A stretch of DNA of 64,000 bases from NCBI GenBank assembly GCA_965213675.1, contig OZ243916.1, positions 384,001 through 448,000 of the forward strand, in the 5' to 3' direction. Below the pieces are notes generated by a model. That model was not told the origin of the DNA. It saw only the letters and a program-made list of their open reading frames with translations, and did not search any database. Below, one piece after another: positions 27,649-37,426 of the stretch. Both the position numbers and the translations under genes were made by a program. The stretch's first letter is position 1. Each line of letters begins with the position of its first letter. Source of the DNA: an uncultured Candidatus Binatia bacterium. GTDB taxonomy: Bacteria > Desulfobacterota > Binatia > UBA9968 > JAJDTQ01.

Positions 27649-28608
27649 ATGAGCCAGTTGCAAGTTGCTTTTCTGGATGACTATCAGCACGTCGCCCACG
27701 CGCTTCTGGGAGCGCGGGAAGTCCCGGAAAGCCTGGAAACGACGGTGTTCCACGACCATCTGAGTGACGAGGACGCCCTGGCCGAACGATTGCGGCCGTT
27801 CGAAGCGGTGTGTGTCATGCGCGAGCGCACACCCTTCAGGCGCGCGCTTCTGGAGCGGCTGCCGAACCTGCGGCTGCTGGTGACGAGCGGCATGCGCAAC
27901 GCCTCCATCGACCTCGACTGCGCGCGCGAACGGGGCGTGACCGTGTGCGGCACGCCCAGCGTGGGCGCGCCCACGGCCGAGTTGACCTGGGGCCTGATCC
28001 TCGGACTGTTGCGTCACATCCCGCGGGAAGACCGGGCCACCCGCGCCGGCGGATGGCAGGAGACCGTGGGCACGGGCCTTCCCGGCAGGACCCTCGGGTT
28101 GGCCGGTCTGGGCAAGCTCGGCGCTCGCGTCGCGCGCGTGGGGCTCGCGTTCGACATGAACGTGATCGCGTGGAGCCGGAACCTCACCGAGGAGCGTTGC
28201 CGGGATGTGGGCGTAACCCTGGTGAGCAAGGAAGAGCTGCTGGCGCGCTCCGACGTCCTTACGATCCACCTGGTGCTGAGCGAGCGCACACGCGGCCTCT
28301 TCCAGAGCGCCGACCTGGCGCGAATGAAGCCGACGGCCCTGATCGTCAACACCTCTCGCGGTCCCATCGTGGACGAGGCGGCCCTGGTGGACGCCTTGCA
28401 GAACGGCGTCATCGGCGGGGCGGGTCTGGACGTCTTCGACACCGAGCCGCTGCCGCCGGATCACCCGCTGCGGCACTGCGAAAATACGATTATCACGCCG
28501 CACCTCGGCTACGTGGAGGAGGCGAACTACGGCGCCTACTTCGACGGCTACCTCGCCGCCCTCAAGGGCTATGTGGAGGGCTCTCCGGTGAACGTGGTCA
28601 AGAGGTGA
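27649..28608 (+). CDS. D-2-hydroxyacid dehydrogenase family protein
   Basis: LDDYQ, MRERTP, GLGKLG, NTSRGPIVDE, DVFDTEP, TPHLG. Confidence 0.92.
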   Translation: MSQLQVAFLDDYQHVAHALLGAREVPESLETTVFHDHLSDEDALAERLRPFEAVCVMRERTPFRRALLERLPNLRLLVTSGMRNASIDLDCARERGVTVCGTPSVGAPTAELTWGLILGLLRHIPREDRATRAGGWQETVGTGLPGRTLGLAGLGKLGARVARVGLAFDMNVIAWSRNLTEERCRDVGVTLVSKEELLARSDVLTIHLVLSERTRGLFQSADLARMKPTALIVNTSRGPIVDEAALVDALQNGVIGGAGLDVFDTEPLPPDHPLRHCENTIITPHLGYVEEANYGAYFDGYLAALKGYVEGSPVNVVKR

Positions 28609-28611
28609 GCG

Positions 28612-29544
28612 GTGGCTGAAAAGAATCAAAACGACAACGCGGCGCAGACCGAGAACCTGGCGCTCTACTGCGACTTCGAAAACATTGCCATCGGCGTGCG
28701 CGACGCGCGCTACGCCAGTTTCGACATGCGCAAGGTCCTCGACCGCCTTTTGGTCAAGGGCAAGATCGTGGTCAAGAAGGCGTACTGCGACTGGGAACGC
28801 TATCGCGAGTACAAGCCGGTCATGCACGAGGCCTCCTTCGAGTTGATCGAGATTCCCCACGTGCGTCAGTCGGGCAAGAACTCGGCGGACATTCGCATGG
28901 TCGTGGACGCCCTCGACCTCTGCTACACGAAATTGCACGTCGATACGTTCGTCATCATCAGTGGCGACTCGGACTTCTCGGCGCTGGTGAGCAAGCTGCG
29001 CGAGAACAACAAGGTGGTCATCGGCGTCGGCGTGAAGAACTCCACCTCGGATTTGCTCATCGCCAACTGCGACGAGTTCATCTACTACGACGACCTCGTG
29101 CGTGAGTCGAAGCGCCGCGGCGGCGTGAAGCGGGAGCGAACGGGCCGCGGAGCGCGCAAGACCGCGGCCGCGCCGCCGCCGGAGAAGGCCCCAACCGAAG
29201 AGAAGGCTACGGCGGAGGACAAGACGCCGGCCGATGACAAGGCGCCGCCCGAGGACAAGGCGGCCCCCGAGGAAAGGGAAATAAAGGAAGCCCAGGAGGC
29301 GCTGGACCTGGTGGTGGAGACGGTGACCCACCTCTTCGACGAGCGCGGCGCCAAGGACACGATCTGGGGCTCCATGGTCAAGCAGGCGCTGAGACGGCGC
29401 AAGCCCGGCTTCAACGAGCGCTACCACGGCTTCCGCTCCTTCGGGAAGCTGCTGGAGGAGGCCCAGGCACAGCACCTGCTGGATCTCGAAGCGGACGAGA
29501 AATCCGGCGACTACGTTGTCAAGGGAGTCCTGCAGGACGACTGA
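28612..29544 (+). CDS. NYN-domain protein with C-terminal OST-HTH/LOTUS domain
   Basis: YCDFEN, GKNSADI, SGDSDF, CDEFIYYD. C-terminal PGFNERYHGFRSFGKLLE. Confidence 0.9.
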   Translation: MAEKNQNDNAAQTENLALYCDFENIAIGVRDARYASFDMRKVLDRLLVKGKIVVKKAYCDWERYREYKPVMHEASFELIEIPHVRQSGKNSADIRMVVDALDLCYTKLHVDTFVIISGDSDFSALVSKLRENNKVVIGVGVKNSTSDLLIANCDEFIYYDDLVRESKRRGGVKRERTGRGARKTAAAPPPEKAPTEEKATAEDKTPADDKAPPEDKAAPEEREIKEAQEALDLVVETVTHLFDERGAKDTIWGSMVKQALRRRKPGFNERYHGFRSFGKLLEEAQAQHLLDLEADEKSGDYVVKGVLQDD

Positions 29545-29738
29545 CGTTCCGGGGACCAGACCATCGGAGCCGCGCGCCTTTGGACTGACTGGGCGCCGCG
29601 ATCCTGATCCCGGGGTGCCCGTCGCTGCTGTCGGGGCTGAGCCTGGGCGTCCACAGTGCTGGCGTTCGCCCCTGGTCCCGTGGTGGTTCCTCCGTGGTGG
29701 TTTCCGTTGGGAGCCGCGGCCATCGAGAGGTCACGCGC

Positions 29739-30899
29739 ATGACGCCTTCCTCCAACCTGCTCTACGCGCTGGCCTCCATCTGCATGGCCTCCGGCGCCAT
29801 CGGCAGCGCCATGCTGGCGCCGTTCTACATGCACGCCAAGGGATTCCCCGTGGCGGTGGTGGGCATGCCGCTGGTGGTCAACGGCGTCGGCGCGCTGTGC
29901 TCGGACGTGTTGTCCGGCACGCTGGCCTCCTATTTCCGGTCGAGTTTCTTGCTGCTGGGGTCGGTGGTGGTGGCCGTGGTGACGAGCCTTGCGGGCTATG
30001 CCTTCCAGGACAGCCTCGCCGTGTTCCTGGCGGCCTTCGCCATCATCGGGCTCACCGAGGCCATGTTCAGCCTCGCCATCCGGCGCATCGTGTTCGTGCA
30101 GTCCACGCCCGATCAGCAGGGCAGGGCGCAGGGTCAGGTGGCCGCGGCCCTGGGACTGGGCTTCGCCCTGGGACCGACCATGGGCGGATTCGTGGGCGAG
30201 TGGTGGGGCCTCGACAAGCTCTTCCTGGTGGTGGCGGCGCCCCAGAGCCTGGGACTGGTCTTCCTTCTGCTGGCCCGGGGCCACCGCACCGAGAAGCCGG
30301 TGGAAAGAAGCGACATGCCGCTGTGGCGGGTAGGCAAGGGCCTCCTGGCCCAACCGGCCTTCCTCGGCGCCTGCCTCGCCATTTTCCAGTCGTTTCTCTG
30401 CCTCATCGGCGTCACCCGCATCGCCTTCCCCTTCCTGGCGGCTCGCCGCGGCCTCACCCTGGACATCATCGGCACCATGGTCAGCATCTCGCGTCTGGCC
30501 GACACGGCCGGCAGGCTCACCGGCGGCTGGCTGTGCGACCGCGCCGGCGCCCGCACGGTGATCCTCCTGGGAGTCTTCGTCAGCGTCCCCGCCTTCGGCC
30601 TCCAGGTCTTCGGCCAGAGCTACATCGCGCTGGTGCTGCCCCTGTGCCTCATGACCGCCGGCTTCGGCCTCTCCAACGTCGGTTCCACCACCCTGGCGCT
30701 GCAACTCGCCGGCGACTCCAGCAAGGGCGTCGCCCTGGGGCTCATCCGCGGCGGCACCTCCATCGGCCGCATGATCGGCCCCCTCCTCGCCGGCCTCCTC
30801 GTGGCCGACCTGGGATTCCACTGGGGCTTCGTGGCCTTGGGGGTGATCTCGTTCGCCATTGGCGGCGGCGTGGCGGGGCTGTTCCGGCGGCAGCGGTAG
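29739..30899 (+). CDS. MFS transporter
   Basis: About 12 hydrophobic helices. GWLCDRAGAR loop motif and GPTMGG. Confidence 0.85.
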   Translation: MTPSSNLLYALASICMASGAIGSAMLAPFYMHAKGFPVAVVGMPLVVNGVGALCSDVLSGTLASYFRSSFLLLGSVVVAVVTSLAGYAFQDSLAVFLAAFAIIGLTEAMFSLAIRRIVFVQSTPDQQGRAQGQVAAALGLGFALGPTMGGFVGEWWGLDKLFLVVAAPQSLGLVFLLLARGHRTEKPVERSDMPLWRVGKGLLAQPAFLGACLAIFQSFLCLIGVTRIAFPFLAARRGLTLDIIGTMVSISRLADTAGRLTGGWLCDRAGARTVILLGVFVSVPAFGLQVFGQSYIALVLPLCLMTAGFGLSNVGSTTLALQLAGDSSKGVALGLIRGGTSIGRMIGPLLAGLLVADLGFHWGFVALGVISFAIGGGVAGLFRRQR

Positions 30900-30901
30900 A
30901 C

Positions 30902-31011
30902 CCTTGCGCCGCCACGATGGATACGACCCCACGATGGATACGACCCATAGACGCGTGCGCCGCAGGGACGGATGAGAGCGGAACTGCAGCCGTGAATTCC
31001 TGCGGCGCAAG
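30902..31011. repeat. Hairpin-ended repeat element (MITE-like family)
   Basis: CCTTGCGCCGC...GCGGCGCAAGG ends with an internal tandem CCACGATGGATACGACC x2. 30985-31011 is identical (27 bp) to 36436-36462. Confidence 0.7.
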
Positions 31012-31237
31012 GTCCCATGGTTCGCTCTTGCCCTGCCAAGCGCTCCACAGCGCATGCGCAGACGGCATGTTCATCCACAGGCGTCAGGTCGAAAACGTAT
31101 GGGGTGATGGCGCCGTTGAGCGTGTCCACTACGCGGGTTGCCAAGTCATGACAACACTGGTACGCGTCCGTGTGTGTATACGAGGCCCCTGTATTGAAAC
31201 GTGCGACGCCGCTTGGCAAACGCTGACAGCACGAACC

Positions 31238-32080
31238 ATGCGCAACTTCGATCTCCTTGAACCCAAGACCCTCGCCGAAGCCTGCCGGATGCTGGACGAT
31301 GGTGAAGACGCGCGCCCGGTGAGCGGCGGGACCGCGCTCCTGATTCTCATCAAGCAAGGGCTTTTGCGGCCCCGAACCCTGGTCAATCTCAAGAAGCTCG
31401 AAGGCGCCAACGCCATCACCCTGGATGACGCCGGCGCCGTCCGCATCGAGGCCATGGCCACGATCCACGAGGTGGAGACCTCGCCGGTGGTGCGGGAGCA
31501 CCTGCCGGTGCTGGCGACGGCCTGCCACCAGGTGGCCAACATCCGCATCCGGCACTTGGCGACCGTCGGCGGCAACCTGGCCCACGGAGATCACCAGTCG
31601 GATCCCCCCGGGGTGCTGGTGGCCCTTGACGCCGATGTGGAGTTGAGCGGTTCCCGGAGCACGCGGTCCATGAAGCTCGCGGACTTCCTCCTGGGCGTCT
31701 ACGAGACCGCCCTGGCGCCCGGTGAGATGGTGACCGCGGTGACGGTGCCGCCGGTGCGGGGGCGGCTGGTGGGCGACTACCTCAAGTTCACCACGGGCTC
31801 GTCAGAGGAGCGCCCCTGTGCGGGCATCACCGCGCTGGTGCGGCTGGAAGGGGACCGTCCGGTGGAGGCCCGGCTCGCGGTGGGGGCGGTGGCGGACCGG
31901 CCGCTGCTCTTGTGCGAGATGGATCCCACCGAGAGCGCGCTCCAAGACATGGCGAAACGCGCTGCGGAGGAGATCGATCCCATCCCCGATTTGCGCGGCT
32001 CCGCGGACTACAAGCGCCACCTCGTGCGGGTGCTGGGGCGCCGTGCCCTGGCGGCGGCGTGGCAGGAGGCATGCCCATGA
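31238..32080 (+). CDS. Xanthine dehydrogenase family FAD-binding (medium) subunit
   Basis: SGGTAL, IRHLATVGGNL, SDPP, DLRGSADYKRHL. Confidence 0.9.
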   Translation: MRNFDLLEPKTLAEACRMLDDGEDARPVSGGTALLILIKQGLLRPRTLVNLKKLEGANAITLDDAGAVRIEAMATIHEVETSPVVREHLPVLATACHQVANIRIRHLATVGGNLAHGDHQSDPPGVLVALDADVELSGSRSTRSMKLADFLLGVYETALAPGEMVTAVTVPPVRGRLVGDYLKFTTGSSEERPCAGITALVRLEGDRPVEARLAVGAVADRPLLLCEMDPTESALQDMAKRAAEEIDPIPDLRGSADYKRHLVRVLGRRALAAAWQEACP

Positions 32081-34500
32081 GCGTGGTGGGGAGCGACGTC
32101 CCGCGGGTGGACGGCAACGCCAAGGTTTCCGGGTCGGCCCAGTACACGGCCGACATCGAGTTGCCCGGCATGCTTCATGCCAAAGCGCTGCGGAGCCCTC
32201 ACCCGCACGCCCGGCTCGTCCACATCGACGCGAGCAAGGCCGCGGCTTTGCCCGGCGTCATGGCCGTCGTCACCCGCGACGACCTCGAAGGCCTGAATCC
32301 CTATTACGGCGCGGTGGTGGAGGACCAGCCGGTGCTGGCCATGGACCGGGTGCGCTGCGTCGGCGACATCGTGGCCGCGGTGGCGGCGGAAGAGCGCGAC
32401 ATCGCCGAGGAGGCGGTGGATCTCATCGAGGTGGAATACGAGCCTCTGCCCGCGGTTTTCGACGTGGTGGAAGCGGCGCGGCCCGAGGCGCCGGTGCTCC
32501 ACGAAGGGCGCTTCGAGACCCAGGCCGCCGTCTTCCGCGAGCAACTCAACCTCAACGCCGGCGGCAACGTGTGCAGCGTATTCCGGGCCGCGGACGGGGA
32601 TGTGGACGCGGGCTTCGCCGGGTCCGACGAGGTGTTCGAGAACACCTACCGCATGCCGCCGGTGCAGCATGGTCACATCGAGCCCCACGTGGCCACCGCC
32701 GTGTGGGAGTCGCCCAACCGGCTGGTGGTGCATACGCCGTGCCAGAACGCGGTGGGGCTTCAGGAGCAGTTGGCGCGCATCTTCGACCTGCCCGAGAGCG
32801 GCGTGCGCGTGATCGTTCCGTACGTCGGCGGCGGCTACGGCGGCAAGACCCACGCCCGCCTGGAGCCGGTAACGGCGCTCCTTGCGCGCAAGGCCGGCCG
32901 GCCGGTGCAGTGGGTGCTCACCCGCGAGGAAGTGTTCCTCACCGGGCGGCGCTACGGCGGCTTCGTGCGCATGAAGACCGGCTTCAAGCGCGACGGCGCG
33001 CTGGTGGCCCGTGAAGTGGATGTCTTCTACGATCTCGGCGCCTACGCCCTTTCCGGGCCGGCCAACGCCAAGACCGGCTCCTACGTGGCCAGCGGACCGT
33101 ACCGGGTGCCCAACCGCCGGCTCACGACCTACGCGGTGTACACCAACCTGCCTCCCGCCGGCCCCTACCGTGGCGTGGGCGTGCCCCACGTGGCCTGGGC
33201 CTACGAGTCCGAGATGGACCGCATCGCGCGCCATCTCGGCATGGACCCGCTGGAGCTGCGCCTCAAGAACCTGTTGCAGGAAGGCGACATCTTCGTCACC
33301 GGCGAGGCGCTGGTGTCGGTGGGCATTTCGGACTGTCTGCGGCAGGCGGCCTCGGGCATCGGCTGGCGCGGTCGCGAGGAACAGGCGAACCCGGAGCCGG
33401 GAAACGGGGGCGGGACGGACCGCCGGACGGAGCATTCTTCCGAGGAAGTGGGCGAGGCGCCGACGGCGCGCGTCGAGCAGGCGGACAGGGCGCCATCGGG
33501 CGGGGCAGCCCGTGGCGCGCTGCGGCGTGGCAAGGGCCTTGCGGTGATCATGAAGAGCACCACCACGCCCACGGCTTCGGCCGCCAGCGTGCGCCTCAAC
33601 GGCGACGGCTCGGTGATGCTCCTCACCAGCAGCACCGAAATCGGCCAGGGGGTGCGCACGTGCCTGGCGCAGATTGTCGCCGAGCGCCTCGGCATGCCAG
33701 TGGATCGGGTTACCGTGTCCGCGCCGGACACCGACGTGACGCCCTACGACAAGTCCACCAGCTCCAGCCGCACCACCTTCCACATGGGCAACGCCGCCCT
33801 GCGCGCCGCCGAGGAAGTGCGCGACCAACTCCTGGAGGCCGGCGCCCAGGCGCTGGAGGTGGACAAGGCGGACCTCGAATTCGGCGCCGCCGGCGTGAGC
33901 GTCCGAGGCGTGCCCGACCGGAACCTGACCATCCCGCAACTGCTGCGGGTCAAGTACGGCGATTCCGTGGGCAGTGTCTTCGGGAGCTGCAACTTCCAGG
34001 TCCAGGGCGGGCTCGATCCCAAGACCGGCAAGGGCAAGGCCGCGGCCTTTTGGTTCTTTGCGGCCTGCGGCGCGGAGGTGGAGGTGGACGTGGAGACCGG
34101 CAAGGTGCGCGTGCTCGACATCGCCACTTCCGTGGATGTGGGCAAGGCCATCAACCCGCTCCAATGCTGGCTCCAGAACGAGGGCTCCATGCTGGAGGCC
34201 CTGGGGGCGGCGTTTTTCGAGGAGATGGTGTTCGAGCAGGGGCAGCCGGTGAACGGCACACTGCTGGAGTACATGCTTCCGTCCATGGAGGACCACCCGG
34301 AACGCTTCCAGTCGCTGCTGGTGGAGACGCCGCACCCCGACGGCCCTTTCGGCGCCAAGGGCGCGGGCGAGGCCGTGATTCCGGCCGTGGCCCCGGCCAT
34401 TGGCAACGCCGTGGCCAACGCCTTGGGCGGCGTCAATATCACCGAGTTGCCGCTCCGCCCGGAACGGATCGTGGCCGCGCTGGCCGAGCGCCGACTTTAA
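32077..34500 (+). CDS. Xanthine dehydrogenase family molybdopterin-binding (large) subunit
   Basis: KVSGSAQY, RSPHPHA, VGGGYGGK, YRGVG, EIGQG, SSSR, AKGAGE. Confidence 0.92.
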   Translation: MSVVGSDVPRVDGNAKVSGSAQYTADIELPGMLHAKALRSPHPHARLVHIDASKAAALPGVMAVVTRDDLEGLNPYYGAVVEDQPVLAMDRVRCVGDIVAAVAAEERDIAEEAVDLIEVEYEPLPAVFDVVEAARPEAPVLHEGRFETQAAVFREQLNLNAGGNVCSVFRAADGDVDAGFAGSDEVFENTYRMPPVQHGHIEPHVATAVWESPNRLVVHTPCQNAVGLQEQLARIFDLPESGVRVIVPYVGGGYGGKTHARLEPVTALLARKAGRPVQWVLTREEVFLTGRRYGGFVRMKTGFKRDGALVAREVDVFYDLGAYALSGPANAKTGSYVASGPYRVPNRRLTTYAVYTNLPPAGPYRGVGVPHVAWAYESEMDRIARHLGMDPLELRLKNLLQEGDIFVTGEALVSVGISDCLRQAASGIGWRGREEQANPEPGNGGGTDRRTEHSSEEVGEAPTARVEQADRAPSGGAARGALRRGKGLAVIMKSTTTPTASAASVRLNGDGSVMLLTSSTEIGQGVRTCLAQIVAERLGMPVDRVTVSAPDTDVTPYDKSTSSSRTTFHMGNAALRAAEEVRDQLLEAGAQALEVDKADLEFGAAGVSVRGVPDRNLTIPQLLRVKYGDSVGSVFGSCNFQVQGGLDPKTGKGKAAAFWFFAACGAEVEVDVETGKVRVLDIATSVDVGKAINPLQCWLQNEGSMLEALGAAFFEEMVFEQGQPVNGTLLEYMLPSMEDHPERFQSLLVETPHPDGPFGAKGAGEAVIPAVAPAIGNAVANALGGVNITELPLRPERIVAALAERRL

Positions 34501-34581
34501 GACTTGAACTTGTCACGTCTGCGCGTCCTTCGACTTCGCTGCGCGAGCCGCGGGACGTAGCCATACGAGCGAGGCGGCACC

Positions 34582-35109
34582 ATGCGACATCTCATCACCG
34601 CAACGGTCAATGGAAGGCAACGCGAGTTGTCGGTCAGGTCCAGCCAGACGCTGCTGGACGTGTTGCGCGACGACCTGCGGCTCAAGGGAACCCACGAGGG
34701 TTGCAGCGTGGGCGTGTGCGGCTCGTGCACCGTGCTGTTGGACGGAAAGCCGGTCAGCTCGTGCCTGATGCTCGCCGCCAACGCCGAGGGACGCGAGGTG
34801 CTCACCATCGAGGGCCTCGGCCGGGGAAGCGACCTCGATCCGGTGCAACAAGCGTTCCTGGATAAACAGGCGTTCCAGTGCGGCTTTTGTACGCCGGGCA
34901 TGATTATGGCCGTCAAGGGCCTCTTGAACGAAAACCCCAAGCCGGGCGAAGCCGAGGTGCGCGACTACCTGTCGGGCAACATCTGCCGCTGCGGCACCTA
35001 CGTCGAAGTGATGGCCGCGGTCGAGCAATTGACCCGCCGGTCCGCGGGCAGGGACGACCGGCCGGTGGACCCTGCGGGACAGGAGCAGGCGGGGACAGAG
35101 CCGGGGTAG
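34582..35109 (+). CDS. Xanthine dehydrogenase family 2Fe-2S (small) subunit
   Basis: GCSVGVCGSCTV...SC, QCGFCTPG, GNICRCG. Confidence 0.93.
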   Translation: MRHLITATVNGRQRELSVRSSQTLLDVLRDDLRLKGTHEGCSVGVCGSCTVLLDGKPVSSCLMLAANAEGREVLTIEGLGRGSDLDPVQQAFLDKQAFQCGFCTPGMIMAVKGLLNENPKPGEAEVRDYLSGNICRCGTYVEVMAAVEQLTRRSAGRDDRPVDPAGQEQAGTEPG

Positions 35110-35300
35110 CTATCCCGCGGCAGGGCCGACCAGCAGCCCGCTCAGTTGCAGGAAGAGACAAGGACAGAACCGGGTTAGCCACCATGAGGCGGGAGCGACC
35201 GGTGGTCGCCCGCGGCACGCGCGTCGTATCGGCCGAAGCGATGACTCGATGCGATACTCCGACGGCCTGTGCCGCAACAGATGAACCGGGAGGCACGGCA

Positions 35301-36347
35301 ATGACCGAACGCATACTGGCGGGAACGCAGGAAGGCTTGCAAGTGTGGCGCAACCGGGGCAGCGGCTGGGAAGAACTTGACGTGCAACTTCCTCCCGGCA
35401 CGGTGGACGCCATCGACGGCCCGGCGCAACGGCCCGGGACCGTTTACGCCAGCGTGGCCGGCGAAGGGTTGTGCCGCAGCGACGACGGCGGGCAACACTG
35501 GCGCGCCGTCTTCCACGGCAACGTGCGCGCCGTCACCGTCGATCCCGTAGATCCGGACGTGGTCTACGTGGGCACCGAGCCCATCCACCTGTTCCGCAGC
35601 GAGGACGGTGGCCTGACCTGGGAGGAACTGTCCGCCTTGCAGGCGTTGCCGCCCGAGGTGCGCGCCAAGTGGACCTATCCGCGACCGCCGCATCGCGAGC
35701 ACGTCCGCCACATCTTCGTCTCTCCCGACGACCCCCGGACCCTGTACGTGTGCCTGGAACACGGCGGCATCGTGCGTACCTTCGACCGCGGCGCTTCCTT
35801 TGAGGACGTGAGCGGCGGTATCGATTATCTCGATATTCATCACATCAGCACCACGCCGGCGGGCGCGGGTCCCATGTTCGTGGCCACCGCCCAGGGCTTT
35901 TTCCGCAGCGCCGAACCGGGCACGGGCTGGCAGCGCGCGGAACACGGCATGACCCGCGACTACTTTCACGACTTCGTCTTCCTGCCGGGCGATCCGCCCG
36001 TCATGCTGGTGGCCACCGCGGACAAGTCGCCGGGTTACTGGGATCGCCCGGAGAAAGCTCAAGGGGCGCTGTTCCGCAGCCGCGACCTGGCCGGCTCCTG
36101 GGAACGGGTGGGCGTGGAGCGCGGGTTGCCCGACCGCATGCCGCAGATGGTATGGGCGCTGACCCAGCATCCCGAAGAACCGCGCCGCGTGTACGCCGGC
36201 CTGGGCGCGGTCTCCCGCGGTCGTTCCAGTGATGCCACCCAGAGAGGCAACGGCGACATCCTCGTCTCGGAAAACGACGGCGAGTCCTGGGAACGGCTGC
36301 CGCTGGAGCTTCCGGCGGACCGGGTGCTGTTGGTGCGCCCGGAGTAG
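35301..36347 (+). CDS. BNR/Asp-box beta-propeller protein (sialidase/VPS10-like fold)
   Basis: Repeated Asp-boxes RSDDGGQHW, RSEDGGLTW, RTFDRGASF, SENDGESW. GGAGG RBS. Confidence 0.85.
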   Translation: MTERILAGTQEGLQVWRNRGSGWEELDVQLPPGTVDAIDGPAQRPGTVYASVAGEGLCRSDDGGQHWRAVFHGNVRAVTVDPVDPDVVYVGTEPIHLFRSEDGGLTWEELSALQALPPEVRAKWTYPRPPHREHVRHIFVSPDDPRTLYVCLEHGGIVRTFDRGASFEDVSGGIDYLDIHHISTTPAGAGPMFVATAQGFFRSAEPGTGWQRAEHGMTRDYFHDFVFLPGDPPVMLVATADKSPGYWDRPEKAQGALFRSRDLAGSWERVGVERGLPDRMPQMVWALTQHPEEPRRVYAGLGAVSRGRSSDATQRGNGDILVSENDGESWERLPLELPADRVLLVRPE

Positions 36348-36355
36348 AAGCCGGT

Positions 36356-36462
36356 GCCGCGGGAATTCGTGGGACACGACACTCAGGTCCTGTTTGATGA
36401 AATCGAGCGGCTGAGGGCACGACTGAGAGGGGATTTGCAGCCGTGAATTCCTGCGGCGCAAG
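36356..36462. repeat. MITE-like family copy
   Basis: GCCGCGGGAATTCGTGGGACACGACACT and TGCAGCCGTGAATTCCTGCGGCGCAAG in inverted arrangement. Related to 30985-31011 and 59622-59649. Confidence 0.65.
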
Positions 36463-36549
36463 TTTTCAGGCAAGGGATGGCGCCCTTCGGTCCGCGCGCA
36501 CAGGCTGCGCCACGCGAGCCACGCAAGATCGAAGGATGCCCGCGGTACG

Positions 36550-37278
36550 ATGATCTACGCCGTTTTCGACATCGAAACCCGCATCGACAAGGCTCTGGTC
36601 AAGTCGGTCTACGCGCCTGACGACGATGTCTCTGAGCGGGTGGCGTACGAGAAGGTGCGCGCCGAGCGGCTGGCGGAGTCCGGCACCGACTTCCTGCCAC
36701 TCTCTTTCCACGTGCCCATCTCCATCGCCGTGGGCATCGTGAACAGCGACGCGACGCTCGTCGACGTGGAAACCCTGTGCGCGGACGCCTACAGCGAGGA
36801 GGCCATCGTCCGGGACTTCTGGGAGCGGGTGGAACGGTTCAGCGGCACGCTCGTGTCGTTCAACGGCCGGAACTTCGACCTGCCCGTGCTGGAGCTCCAC
36901 GCCCTGAAATACGGCTGCCGCGCACCGCGATACTTCAACGAGCGCTACGGCCACCGCTACCGTTACTCGGAGGAGCGCCACTACGACCTCTACGAATTCA
37001 TCGGCAACCACGGCGTCAACCGCATTCGCGGCGGTTTCGACCTCCTGTGCAAGCTCATCGGCCTGCGCGGCAAGGGGGCCGTGGAGGGCGCCCTGGTCCA
37101 GGACATGTGGGACGCGGGCCGTCTGGAAGAGATTCACGAGTACTGCCGCCAGGACGTGATCCAGACCTATTTCCTGCTGCTCCGGGTAGAGCGAATGCGC
37201 GGCCGCATCGACGAAAGCCAGTACGAGGCCGCTTGGGCCGCCACGGAACGCTTCCGGAAACAGCTCGAAGCGGAGTAG
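36550..37278 (+). CDS. Predicted 3'-5' exonuclease related to the PolB exonuclease domain
   Basis: DEDDy motifs: VFDIET, SFNGRNFDLP, HYDL, EYCRQDV. Confidence 0.88.
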   Translation: MIYAVFDIETRIDKALVKSVYAPDDDVSERVAYEKVRAERLAESGTDFLPLSFHVPISIAVGIVNSDATLVDVETLCADAYSEEAIVRDFWERVERFSGTLVSFNGRNFDLPVLELHALKYGCRAPRYFNERYGHRYRYSEERHYDLYEFIGNHGVNRIRGGFDLLCKLIGLRGKGAVEGALVQDMWDAGRLEEIHEYCRQDVIQTYFLLLRVERMRGRIDESQYEAAWAATERFRKQLEAE

Positions 37279-37426
37279 TTGGCGACGTCGCACCGGGCAA
37301 GGCCGCGGTGAGACGGAAGCGGCCTCCTGAAGAGGGAGATGGCGCGCCGCAAACCTGGAATGGCCATGCACCGCAGACACCCGCGCCGGGAACGGGCCTC
37401 AACAGACCGCGTGATGCAACACCGCC

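Noticed and set aside
32077-34500. Aerobic CO dehydrogenase CoxL (also 59636-61867)
   Set aside because: Neither subunit has the form I AYxCSFR or form II AYxGAGR loop, and there are no coxDEFG genes.
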